Shown here in pieces: positions 53,763-62,756 of a stretch of DNA of 63,137 nt (position 1 is the stretch's first letter; every line of letters starts with the position of its first letter). Position numbers and translations under genes: made by a program. The stretch lies in assembly GCA_018609945.1 (NCBI GenBank), contig JAHENO010000011.1, positions 1 to 63,137 of the forward strand. The letters run 5' to 3'. Source of the stretch: Haloarculaceae archaeon (GTDB lineage: Archaea; Halobacteriota; Halobacteria; Halobacteriales; Haloarculaceae). The notes under the pieces were generated by a model. It did not search any database and had not been told where the DNA came from. It saw nothing but the letters and a program-made list of their open reading frames with translations.

Positions 53763-55190
53763 ATGCACGGAAACGACCCGCATTCTGACCGCAGGACTCG
53801 AACGAACCGACGGACGTTCCTGAAGCTCACCGGCACCGGCGCGCTGGCGACCGCCGGCCTCGCCGGCTGTGTCGGCACCGAGGACGGCGACGGCGGCGAC
53901 GGTGGCGACGGCGGCGACGGTGGAAGCGACGGTGGCGATGGCGGCACGGCGACACCCACCGAGGACGAGAGCATGGACGGCGAGGACGGCGGAGCGACGG
54001 AGACTCCGACGGGGCCCGATAGCGTCCTCGTCGGGCAGCCGGCGGCGGTAACCGGCCAGTGGGACTTTCTCCAGCCCGCCGTGTCACAGTCGGCAGACCT
54101 CGCGGTACAGGAGATCAACGACGCCGGCGGCCCGCTGGACGCCGACCTCGAACTCAAGCGCCGCGACACCGCCGTCGATCCACAGCAGGCCCGCGAGGTC
54201 GTCCGGCAGTTCGTCAACAACGACGGCGCGGTCGCGATCAACGGGCTGTTCTCCAGCGAGATCACGCCGCTGTGGGACTTCCTTCAGGAGCAGTCGATGC
54301 CCGTCGTCACCCCGTGGCCGGGGACCCGCTTTCTTGACACCCGCGGTGGCGACAAGGGGACGGCCGGGGACACCGGCGACGACGAGTGGGTCTGGCGGAC
54401 CGTCATCGGCGACACCGTCCACACCGCCGGCGCGGCACAGGCGATGGTCGACAACGACTTCATGACGATGGGCGTGTTCAACGGCACCGGCGCCGGCGAG
54501 ACCGGCTACGCCGACGCGTTCGTCGACGCCTACGAGAACCTCGGCGGGACCGTCGCACAGCGTGTCGAGGTCCCAGAGGGTGAGTCCTCCTACCAGTCCC
54601 AGCTCGACCGGCTGTTCGACGCCGACTTCGACGCGTGGGTGCTCGCGCTCGCGCTGGAGGACGCCACGACGGCGATCCAGAACTGGAGTCAGGGCGGATA
54701 CGGGAGACAGCTCATGATGGAGGACGGCCTGATGAGTCCGGACCTCATCGACGCGGTCGGCGAGGCTGCCGAGGGTGCCTGGATCGCCGCCGGCAGCACA
54801 CAGGGCCCCAACTACGGCAGTTTCGAGTCGAAGTTCAACGAGGCGGGCGACGCCGACATCCACACCTGGGGCGTCGCGTCCTACGACGCGACGAACGTCC
54901 TCGCGCTGGCCATCCACCGTGCGGGCGAGACGAGCCCGGAAGCGATTGAGCAGAACGTCGGCCCCGTTGCCCGCGAGGGTGGCACGACCGTCTCGACGTT
55001 CGCCGAGGGCAAGGAGGCCCTGGACAACGGCGAGGAGATCAACTACGAGGGGGCGGTCACGAACGTCGACTTCACCCAGCACGGCAACGTCTGGGGTGAC
55101 GTCGCCGTCTCCCAGGTCACGCCCGACGGCTTCGAGGAGCAGTTCAGCATCGGGGCCGACACGCTGCAAGAAAACATCGAGCAGTACTGA
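53763..55190 (+). CDS. Liv-type substrate-binding lipoprotein, Tat signal plus lipobox, cluster 2 (paralog of 44699-46114)
   Basis: MHGNDPHSDRRTRTNRRTFLKLTGTGALATAGLAGC, then a D/G linker, then QEINDAGGPLD...AINGLFSSE. The alternative start is GTG 53745. Confidence 0.88.
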   Translation: MHGNDPHSDRRTRTNRRTFLKLTGTGALATAGLAGCVGTEDGDGGDGGDGGDGGSDGGDGGTATPTEDESMDGEDGGATETPTGPDSVLVGQPAAVTGQWDFLQPAVSQSADLAVQEINDAGGPLDADLELKRRDTAVDPQQAREVVRQFVNNDGAVAINGLFSSEITPLWDFLQEQSMPVVTPWPGTRFLDTRGGDKGTAGDTGDDEWVWRTVIGDTVHTAGAAQAMVDNDFMTMGVFNGTGAGETGYADAFVDAYENLGGTVAQRVEVPEGESSYQSQLDRLFDADFDAWVLALALEDATTAIQNWSQGGYGRQLMMEDGLMSPDLIDAVGEAAEGAWIAAGSTQGPNYGSFESKFNEAGDADIHTWGVASYDATNVLALAIHRAGETSPEAIEQNVGPVAREGGTTVSTFAEGKEALDNGEEINYEGAVTNVDFTQHGNVWGDVAVSQVTPDGFEEQFSIGADTLQENIEQY

Positions 55191-55208
55191 CCCTCGCGGC
55201 CGTCTATC

Positions 55209-56093
55209 ATGGCACTCCCACTGGCACAGGAGATTATCTTCGGCCTCGTCATCGGTTCCTACATCGCGCTCGGGGCGATCGGGTTCACGCTCGTCTACGG
55301 GCTCGTGAACATGATCAACTTCGCCCACGGCGAGTTCGTCACCATCGGGGCCTACGTCGGTTTCCTGTCGATCCAGATCGCCGGCCTCCCATTGCCGGTC
55401 GCGCTGGTCGTCACCTTCTTCGGGACGGCGGTCATCGGCTGGGCGATCGCACGCGTCACCTTCGAACCCATGAACGACGCCGGAGCTGTCCCGCTGTTGT
55501 TGATGTCCATCGGACTGGGGTTGGTGCTCCGGAACCTCATCCGACTGGTCGCGGGGGCAGGCGGCAGGGACGTCCAGGTCGGGGTGGCGACCTACCGGTT
55601 CGAGGACCTGGGCTTTTTCGTGACGAGCCAACAGCTGTTCATCGTCGGCGTCACGCTGCTCGTCGTGCTCGTGTTGCATCTCTTTCTCAGCCGGACGATG
55701 CTCGGGATCGCGATGCGGGCGACCGCCGGGAACGAGGACCTGGCGCTGGTCTCGGGCATCGACACGCGGCGGGTCCGGAACGTCGTCTGGCTGGCCGCGG
55801 CCGGGCTGGCAGGTGTGGCGGGCATCCTGCTCGCAGTCGCCCAGGAGGCCAGTGCGACGGTCGGGTTCGGCCAGTTGCTGTTGATGATCACCGCCGCCAT
55901 CCTCGGGGGCGCCGGCAGCCCGTATGGCGCCGTCGCGGGGTCGTACCTCCTCGGGATCGGCATCGCCGTCTCGGTTGCCTTCCTCCCTGCCGGCGTCACT
56001 GCGTTCGGATCGACGATGGCGTTCGTCGTGCTCATCCTCGTGTTGCTCGTCCGGCCGGGCGGGCTGGTCAACGCGGAGGTGCGGACGACGTGA
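55209..56093 (+). CDS. livH: Liv-type ABC permease (LivH type), cluster 2
   Basis: GSYIALGAIGFTLVYGLVNMINFAHGEF. Confidence 0.9.
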   Translation: MALPLAQEIIFGLVIGSYIALGAIGFTLVYGLVNMINFAHGEFVTIGAYVGFLSIQIAGLPLPVALVVTFFGTAVIGWAIARVTFEPMNDAGAVPLLLMSIGLGLVLRNLIRLVAGAGGRDVQVGVATYRFEDLGFFVTSQQLFIVGVTLLVVLVLHLFLSRTMLGIAMRATAGNEDLALVSGIDTRRVRNVVWLAAAGLAGVAGILLAVAQEASATVGFGQLLLMITAAILGGAGSPYGAVAGSYLLGIGIAVSVAFLPAGVTAFGSTMAFVVLILVLLVRPGGLVNAEVRTT

Positions 56094-56121
56094 ATTCCGT
56101 CATCGCGGAGGTGCGAGCGAC

Positions 56122-57156
56122 GTGAAATTCGAGGATTTGCCGGTCGACGCCACCCGCGCTGGCGCCGTTTTGCTCGTCCTCGCGGTGGCGTTTCTGTTCA
56201 GCCCGCTGTTCGTCAGGCCGCCGGCGGCGACGCTGGTCCTCTTCGAGGTCGGCGTGCTCTTTTTGCTGTACGCGCTGGTGCTCGTCGGGCTGAACCTCCA
56301 GTTCGGTCACACGGGGCTGGTCAACTTCGGCCCGGTCGCGTTCTTCGCGGTCGGCGGATACGTGGCCGCCATCGTCACGGCCAACGACCCCTACGGCGCT
56401 GTCGGCCTCGGCTTGCCCTGGCCGGTCGGCCTGGCTGCCGGTGTCGTGGTGGCGGTCGTCCTCGGGGCGCTGATCGGCGCCTCGACGCTCAGACTCCGTG
56501 ACGACTTCCTGGCGATCGTCACGCTTGCGGTCGCGGAGATCGTCCACGGGCTGATCGTCACCGTCCGCGATGTCACCGGCGGGTCGAACGGCCTCCAGAA
56601 CGTTCCCCGGCCCATCGCGGCCACGACCGGCGGTGGTGGCGCCGGAGAGCTGTTCGCGACGGTGCTGGTCTTCGGCGCGCTCGCGGTGCTCTTCTACGGG
56701 CTGTTCCACCGGCTGTCGGCCTCGCCGTACGGCCGGGTACTCCGGGCGATCCGGGCCGACGAGCAGGTCACCGAGACGCTCGGCAAGCGCGTGTTCCGCT
56801 ACAAGTTCGTCGTGTTCGTCTACGGTGCCGCCGTCGCCGGCCTGGCCGGCGCCCTGCTCGTCTTCTACAACGGCGCCGCAGCCCCGGGCTTTTTCACCAT
56901 CAACGTCACCGTCATCGTCTGGATCGGGATGCTCATCGGCGGTGCCGGCAACGATCGGGGCGTCCTGGGCGGGCTGGCGATCATCATGGGGTTCCAGCTC
57001 GCGACCCGCTTTCTCAACGAGCAGCTCCCCGTCATCACGCCGGACCAGTTTGCCTCCGTCCGCCTGATGCTGATCGGTCTCCTGCTCATGGTCATCATCA
57101 AGTACCGCCCCGAGGGCATCTGGGGCGACGCCGACGAACTGGGGGTGGAGTCGTGA
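56122..57156 (+). CDS. livM: Liv-type ABC permease (LivM type), cluster 2
   Basis: GTG start inside the 410-aa track ORF. GLNLQFGHTGLVNFGPVAFF. Confidence 0.85.
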   Translation: MKFEDLPVDATRAGAVLLVLAVAFLFSPLFVRPPAATLVLFEVGVLFLLYALVLVGLNLQFGHTGLVNFGPVAFFAVGGYVAAIVTANDPYGAVGLGLPWPVGLAAGVVVAVVLGALIGASTLRLRDDFLAIVTLAVAEIVHGLIVTVRDVTGGSNGLQNVPRPIAATTGGGGAGELFATVLVFGALAVLFYGLFHRLSASPYGRVLRAIRADEQVTETLGKRVFRYKFVVFVYGAAVAGLAGALLVFYNGAAAPGFFTINVTVIVWIGMLIGGAGNDRGVLGGLAIIMGFQLATRFLNEQLPVITPDQFASVRLMLIGLLLMVIIKYRPEGIWGDADELGVES

Positions 57157-57908
57157 CGCTGCTTGCCGTCGAGGGACTCCGGCGGTCCTTTGGCAGCCTC
57201 GTCGCCGTCGACAGCGTCTCTTTCGAGGTCGAGCGCGGGGAGGTCGTCGGGATGATCGGCCCCAACGGCGCCGGCAAGACGACCACGTTCAACTGCGTCT
57301 CCGGGGTGCTCCCGAGCGACGCCGGCACTGTCACCTTCGAGGGTGCGGACGTCACAGAGGCGCCGCCCTACGACCTGGCGCGCCGCGGGCTCGTGCGCAC
57401 CTTCCAGCAGACCCGCGAACTGGAGACGCTGACCGTCACCGACAACATGCTGTTGCCCACGCCCGACCACCCCGGCGAGCGGGCCTGGCACGCCGTCGGA
57501 CGGACGGCCGCCAGCGAACAGCGCGAGCAGGAAGCCCGCGAGCGGGCGATGGACCTGCTCGGGACGTTCGACCTCCGGGGGATGGTCGAGGAGTACGCCG
57601 CGAGTCTCTCGGGTGGCCAGCGGAAACTGCTGGAACTGGCGCGGGCGCTGATGCTCGACCCCTCGCTGTTATTGCTCGACGAACCGTTCGCCGGCGTCAA
57701 TCCGACGCTCACCGCGGAGATCGTCGAGCACATCGAGGCGCTGAACGCCGACGGGCTGACGCTGCTGATCATCGAACACGAGCTGGAGACGCTGACCGAC
57801 CTGGTCGACCGCCTGATCGTGCTGGCCGACGGGCGCGTCCTCGCGACCGGGACACCCGAGGCCATCATGGAAAACGAGGAGGTAATCGATGCATACCTCG
57901 GTGGCTGA
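57153..57908 (+). CDS. livG: Liv-type ABC ATPase (LivG type), cluster 2
   Basis: FGSLVAVDSV, GPNGAGKTTTFN, LSGGQRKLLE and LDEPFAGVNP. Confidence 0.92.
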   Translation: MTLLAVEGLRRSFGSLVAVDSVSFEVERGEVVGMIGPNGAGKTTTFNCVSGVLPSDAGTVTFEGADVTEAPPYDLARRGLVRTFQQTRELETLTVTDNMLLPTPDHPGERAWHAVGRTAASEQREQEARERAMDLLGTFDLRGMVEEYAASLSGGQRKLLELARALMLDPSLLLLDEPFAGVNPTLTAEIVEHIEALNADGLTLLIIEHELETLTDLVDRLIVLADGRVLATGTPEAIMENEEVIDAYLGG

Positions 57909-58016
57909 CGCGGATCGCGACCGGCCACTGGTCGGTCCCCGATGCTCGGGTACCAGTGTCGACGCCGTCGTCGGTCCCGGCGGGAACAGCACCGCCGCCG
58001 GATGGGAGGTGCGCCG

Positions 58017-58721
58017 ATGACGCTCCTCGACGTGCGCGACCTCGACGCGGGCTACGGCGACCTCCAGGTGCTGTACGGCGTCGACCTCGACGTCGGGGAG
58101 GGCGAGTACGTCGCCATCGTCGGCCCCAACGGCGCCGGGAAGTCGACGGCGATGAAGACGGTGGTCGGACTGGCGACGCACATGGGCGGGGCTATCGAGT
58201 TCGACGGCACGGACATCGCGGGACTGGAGCCACAGGAGATCATCGCCCGTGGCGTGGGATACGTCCCGCAGACGGACAACGTCTTCCCGGCGCTGACAGT
58301 GGAGGAGAACCTTGCCATCGGCGGGTACCTGCTGGGTGGCCCGCCCGAGGAGCGCCTGGACGCGGTCATCGAGCAGTTCCCGATGCTGGGCGACCGACTC
58401 GACACGCGGGCCGGGAACCTCTCCGGGGGCCAACAGCAGATGCTCGCGATGGCCCGCGCGCTGATCCCCGATCCTCCCTTGCTGTTGCTCGACGAGCCCT
58501 CGGCGGGGCTGGCGCCGGACCTCGTCGAGGACATGTTCGACCACATCGACGAGGTGAACGACCGCGGGGTGACGGTCGTGATCGTCGAGCAGAACGCCAA
58601 GACCGCGCTCCGGCGGTGTGACCGCGGGTACGTGCTCGCGCAGGGCGAGAACCGCTACGCCGACGACGGCGACGCGCTGCTCGCGGACCCGGAGGTGCGC
58701 CGGCAGTTCCTCGGCGGGTAG
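58017..58721 (+). CDS. livF: Liv-type ABC ATPase (LivF type), cluster 2
   Basis: Trimmed to MTLLDVRDLDAGYGDLQVL. A GGAGGTG Shine-Dalgarno-like motif lies 5 nt upstream. Contains GPNGAGKST and LSGGQQQML. Confidence 0.92.
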   Translation: MTLLDVRDLDAGYGDLQVLYGVDLDVGEGEYVAIVGPNGAGKSTAMKTVVGLATHMGGAIEFDGTDIAGLEPQEIIARGVGYVPQTDNVFPALTVEENLAIGGYLLGGPPEERLDAVIEQFPMLGDRLDTRAGNLSGGQQQMLAMARALIPDPPLLLLDEPSAGLAPDLVEDMFDHIDEVNDRGVTVVIVEQNAKTALRRCDRGYVLAQGENRYADDGDALLADPEVRRQFLGG

Positions 58722-58730
58722 GGGACGCGG

Positions 58731-58782
58731 TTTTTGATCGGTCTCTCCGAACCGGGATCGAGACAAAAACGCAGCAGAAAAA
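58731..58782. terminator. Bidirectional oligo-T terminator region between livF (plus strand) and the ALDH gene (minus strand)
   Basis: T5 at 58731-58735 on the plus strand. A5 at 58765-58769 and 58778-58782, which read as T5 on the minus strand. Partial hairpin gtctc/gagac. Confidence 0.5.
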
Positions 58783-58795
58783 TCGGTGACCCGAG

Positions 58796-60328
58796 CTAGT
58801 CGTCCTGGGTCGTGATATCGGCCGAGAGGCCCTGGGCCATCTGGATGTCCTTCGAGTTGTTGACCGTCCATGCGGTCCGCTCGGTGACGGCCTCGATGGC
58901 CTCGCGGGCCGAGGGGGCACCCTTCCCGGACTTGCCGACGCCGCCGAAGGGGAGTTGGACCTCGGCGCCGATACAGGGGAGGTTCGCGTAGGCCAGGCCG
59001 GCCTTGCGGGTGTCGCGGTAGTGGTTGATCTGGCGGTAGTCCTCGCTGATGATGGCCCCGGCCAGGCCGTATGGGACGTCGTTGTGGATCTCCATGGCGC
59101 GCTCGATGTCGCCGGAGTACTCGATGAGCGCGACGTGGGGGCCGAACACCTCCTCGTGGATGCACCGCAGGTCGGGGTCGTACTCGACCTCGTAGACGAA
59201 CGGGCCGACCCAGTGGCCGTCCTCGTGGCCATCCGGAATCTCCTCCTGGGGAAGTTCGGCGCGGTCGACGAGGACGTTCGCGCCCTCGGTGCGGGCGAGC
59301 TCGTTGTACTTGTGGAACTTCTCGACCTGGCTCTCGTCGACGACCGGCCCCATGAAGGTGTCTTCCTCCAGCGGGTCGCCGACGGCCACCTTCTCGGCGA
59401 GGTCGACGAATTCCGATTTGAACTCGTCGTAGACGTCCTCGTGGACGATGAGGCGCTCGCTGGAGACACACCGCTGGCCCGTCGTCTTGAACGAGGACAT
59501 CACCGCCGAGTGCAGGGCGACGTCCATGTCGGCCTCCTCGGTGATGACGATGCCGTTCTTGCCACCCATCTCCAGGGAGACCTCGCGGCCGGGCTGGCCG
59601 CCGATCGTCTGGTCGATCTTGTGGCCGACCTCGGCCGACCCCGTAAAGAGGACGGTGTCGACGCGCTCGTCCTCGACGATGGCGTTGCCGGCGTCGCCGA
59701 AGCCCTGCACGAGGTTGAACACGCCGTCGGGGACGCCCGCGTCGGTCATCATCTCGGCGATGATCTGCCCGCACCAGGGGGTCTGCTCGGCGGGCTTCCA
59801 GACGACGGTGTTGCCCTCGACCAGCGTGATGGCCATGTGCCAGAAGGGGATCGCGACCGGGAAGTTCCAGGGCGTGATACAGCCGACGACCCCGCGGGGC
59901 TGGCGGCGCATGTAGGCGTCCTTGCTGGCGATTTCCGAGGGTACCACGTCGCCGTGGGGGCGGCGGGCGTTGCCTGCGGCCCACTCGACCATGTGCCAGG
60001 CCTCGACGACGTCTGCTTTCCCTTCGCTGATCTCCTTGCCACACTCCATTGTGACGATCTCGCCGAGTTCGTCCGTCCGGTCGCGGAGTTCGTGGTAGAC
60101 CTGCCAGAGTACCTCCGCGCGGTCGATGTAGGACATCGCGCGCCACTCGTCGAAGGCCGCCTCGGCGGCGTCGACGGCCCGCTCGACGTCTTCCTCGGTC
60201 CCGCGGACGAAGGTGCCAAGCGTCTCGCCGGTCGCGGGGTTCTCGCTGGTGAACGTCTCCTCGCCGGTGCCGTCGGTCCACTCGCCGTCGATGTAGTGGC
60301 GGTGGATCTCGGTTGCTTGCTCGCTCAT
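58796..60328 (-). CDS. NAD(P)-dependent aldehyde dehydrogenase
   Basis: ITPWNFP, FTGSAEVG, LEMGGKN (catalytic Glu) and TTGQRCVSSER (catalytic Cys). Confidence 0.95.
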   Translation of the reverse strand: MSEQATEIHRHYIDGEWTDGTGEETFTSENPATGETLGTFVRGTEEDVERAVDAAEAAFDEWRAMSYIDRAEVLWQVYHELRDRTDELGEIVTMECGKEISEGKADVVEAWHMVEWAAGNARRPHGDVVPSEIASKDAYMRRQPRGVVGCITPWNFPVAIPFWHMAITLVEGNTVVWKPAEQTPWCGQIIAEMMTDAGVPDGVFNLVQGFGDAGNAIVEDERVDTVLFTGSAEVGHKIDQTIGGQPGREVSLEMGGKNGIVITEEADMDVALHSAVMSSFKTTGQRCVSSERLIVHEDVYDEFKSEFVDLAEKVAVGDPLEEDTFMGPVVDESQVEKFHKYNELARTEGANVLVDRAELPQEEIPDGHEDGHWVGPFVYEVEYDPDLRCIHEEVFGPHVALIEYSGDIERAMEIHNDVPYGLAGAIISEDYRQINHYRDTRKAGLAYANLPCIGAEVQLPFGGVGKSGKGAPSAREAIEAVTERTAWTVNNSKDIQMAQGLSADITTQDD

Positions 60329-60399
60329 ACTCTAGGGGAGACGGGACATCGCCAAAAACCCTCCGACAGGGTTTACTCCCCGCCCCCACTCGGGCCGGC

Positions 60400-61578
60400 A
60401 TGGACGCCACAGACGACCGCCTCTCCGGGCGCGTCACCGGACTCGAATACTCCGCCATCAGGCAGATGTTCGAACGCGCCGGGACGCTCGAAGCACGGGG
60501 CCGCGACCTCGCGCACCTCGAAATCGGCGAGCCCGACTTCGGGACGCCAGAACACATCGTCGAGGCGGCCTTCGAGGCCGCACGCGCCGGCGCGACCGAC
60601 TACACCTCCACTGCTGGCATCCGGGAGTTGCGCGAGGCCATCGCCGACCGACCCGGCAAGAGTGAGGACTTCGACCCTGGCGCCGAGATCGCGGTCACGA
60701 CCGGCGGGATGGAGGCGCTGTACGCGGCCCTCCAGGCGGTCGTCGACCCCGGCGAGGAAGTGGTCGTCCCGACGCCGACCTGGCCCAACTACCTCACGCA
60801 GATCCGACTGGCGGGCGGCAAGCCAGTCGAAGTCCCGCTGCCGGCAGCGGAGGGATTCGACCTGGCACCCGACCGGGTGATCGAGGCCATCGGGGACGAG
60901 ACGGCGGCCGTGGTCTTCTCCTCGCCGTCGAACCCCACGGGTCGGGTGTTCGCGCCCGCGGACGTCCGGGCGGTCCTCGAGGCCGCCGCGGTACACGAGT
61001 GTTTCGTCGTCGCCGACGAGGTCTACGACAGCCTGGTCTACGGCGACCGGCCCGCCGGCATCCCCGGCTACACCGACCACGAGGAGTACCTGCTGACGGT
61101 CAACTCCTGCTCGAAGCGGTACGCGATGACGGGCTGGCGGCTGGGCTGGCTGGCCGGCCCGGCCGACGTCATCGAGGCGACCAGCAAGATCCGGAGCGTG
61201 GTGACCGCCTCCCCCTCCAGCGTCTCCCAGCACGCCGCGCTCGCGGCCCTGACCGGCCCACAGGACCGGGCCGCGGAGATGGCCGTCGCCTTCGAACAGC
61301 GCCGGGACTACGTCGTCGACCGGCTGGCCGACGTGCCGGCCGTGTCGGCACCCCCGCCGGAGGGTGCGATGTACGCCTTCGTCGACGTGAGCGCGCTCCC
61401 GGGGACGAGCGAGGCGATCGCGGGCCGCCTGCTGGAGGAGTACGGCGTCGTGACGGCACCCGGCGGCGGGTTCGGTGCCGCTGGCGAGGGGTACCTGCGC
61501 GTGAGTTTCGCCAACAGCCTCGACCGGATCGAAGTCGGGCTGGACCGCTTCGAGCAGATGGTCCGTGACGAACTGTAA
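60400..61578 (+). CDS. Class I/II PLP aminotransferase (aspartate/aromatic aminotransferase-like)
   Basis: Trimmed to MDATDDRLSGRVTGLEYSAIRQM. Contains SSPSNPTG and NSCSKRYAMTGWRLGW (PLP lysine). Confidence 0.9.
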   Translation: MDATDDRLSGRVTGLEYSAIRQMFERAGTLEARGRDLAHLEIGEPDFGTPEHIVEAAFEAARAGATDYTSTAGIRELREAIADRPGKSEDFDPGAEIAVTTGGMEALYAALQAVVDPGEEVVVPTPTWPNYLTQIRLAGGKPVEVPLPAAEGFDLAPDRVIEAIGDETAAVVFSSPSNPTGRVFAPADVRAVLEAAAVHECFVVADEVYDSLVYGDRPAGIPGYTDHEEYLLTVNSCSKRYAMTGWRLGWLAGPADVIEATSKIRSVVTASPSSVSQHAALAALTGPQDRAAEMAVAFEQRRDYVVDRLADVPAVSAPPPEGAMYAFVDVSALPGTSEAIAGRLLEEYGVVTAPGGGFGAAGEGYLRVSFANSLDRIEVGLDRFEQMVRDEL

Positions 61579-61594
61579 CCGTGATCGCTGTGAG

Positions 61595-62566
61595 TCACAG
61601 GGAGATGTCGGTTCCGACACCCGCCTCGCTGGCGCGGTCGTAGAGCACCTGGCTGGCCGCGACGTCGAGCGTCGCCGAGCCGACGCTGGCCGCGATCAGC
61701 ACGTCCCCGGGCGAGTCCCGGTCGTACCCCTCTGCGAGCATCGAGCCCATCGGGACCAGGTCGTCGGCGCCGAGGGGCGTCTCCAGGAAATCGCCCGTCT
61801 CCGCGACCTCCTCGGGGACATCGGCGAAGACCGCGGCCGCGCGGTCGACGACGGCGGGATCGAGTTCCTGCGTCTCGGCGGTGAACGCGCCGATGGCGAC
61901 CACGAGCGTGCCGGGGCCGAGCGCGTCGGGCGGGAAGACGGGTTCGGTGGCGGTCGTGGCCGTCACGACGGCGTCGGCGCCCTCGACGGCGGCGGCCGGC
62001 GAGTCGACCGCCTCTGCCGGAATCCCGTCCTCGCGCAAATCCGCCGCACAGGCCTCGCGGGAGTCGCTGGGCGAGTACACCCGCACCCCGGATAGCGAGG
62101 TGACAGTGTCGATGGCGCGGGTCTGCCAGCGGGCCTGTGCGCCGGCGCCGATGACCCCCAGCGTGGCCGCGCCGGGTGCGAGCGCGCGGACGGCGACGGC
62201 GCCGATACAGCCCGTGCGGGCGTTCGTGACGGTCGTTCCGCCCATGAACGCGTCGGGCACGCCAGTACGAGCGTCGGTGAGGACGATCTGTGCGTGGATG
62301 GTCGGCAGGCCGCGGTCGGCGTTGCCCTCGTGGACGGCCGCGAGTTTCGTCGCGTACTGGGGGTCGCCCTGGAGGTATGCGGGCATCACGAGGCCGGTCC
62401 CCAGCGGGTCATCGCCGTCTAGTCCCTCCCCGACGGGGAAGTGTGGCCGCTCGGGGCGGACGGCCTCGCCGGCGGCCTGCTTGACGAGCGCCTCCTCGAC
62501 TACGTCGACGAGGTCAGCTAGGTCGAGCACGCCGCGGACGTCGTCTTCGGAGAGTACCAGTACCAT
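61595..62566 (-). CDS. Ornithine cyclodeaminase / mu-crystallin family protein (copy 2)
   Basis: VTNARTGCIGAVAVRALA, GVIGAGAQARWQ and VVTATTATEPV. Confidence 0.85.
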   Translation of the reverse strand: MVLVLSEDDVRGVLDLADLVDVVEEALVKQAAGEAVRPERPHFPVGEGLDGDDPLGTGLVMPAYLQGDPQYATKLAAVHEGNADRGLPTIHAQIVLTDARTGVPDAFMGGTTVTNARTGCIGAVAVRALAPGAATLGVIGAGAQARWQTRAIDTVTSLSGVRVYSPSDSREACAADLREDGIPAEAVDSPAAAVEGADAVVTATTATEPVFPPDALGPGTLVVAIGAFTAETQELDPAVVDRAAAVFADVPEEVAETGDFLETPLGADDLVPMGSMLAEGYDRDSPGDVLIAASVGSATLDVAASQVLYDRASEAGVGTDISL

Positions 62567-62756
62567 GGTCGAAACTTCCGGCGGTTCGTCTTAGTTCTGT
62601 CCCCAGAGATGGTGGCCGGGCGATCGGTGTGTCGGCACCGTTCAGAGGAGAGACGGCTGGGGCTTTCATGCTGCCAAACGCAACTCAGTTCCCATCCGAA
62701 CGATTTCCGTTGCGCCGGACCGCAGGCTTATTTCGCCGGCGCGGAAAGGGGCGTGT

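Noticed and set aside
53883-53946. Short periodic repeats that might suggest a CRISPR or minisatellite
   Set aside because: They lie in frame inside lipoprotein genes and encode Asp/Gly/Ser linkers. The periods are 9-30 nt with no spacers, so this is not CRISPR architecture.
57669-60557. 962-aa minus-strand ORF spanning livF (antisense) and the ALDH gene (out of frame)
   Set aside because: The translation is Arg/Pro/Gly-rich, non-acidic and not protein-like. The real genes here are livF (plus strand) and the ALDH in another minus-strand frame.
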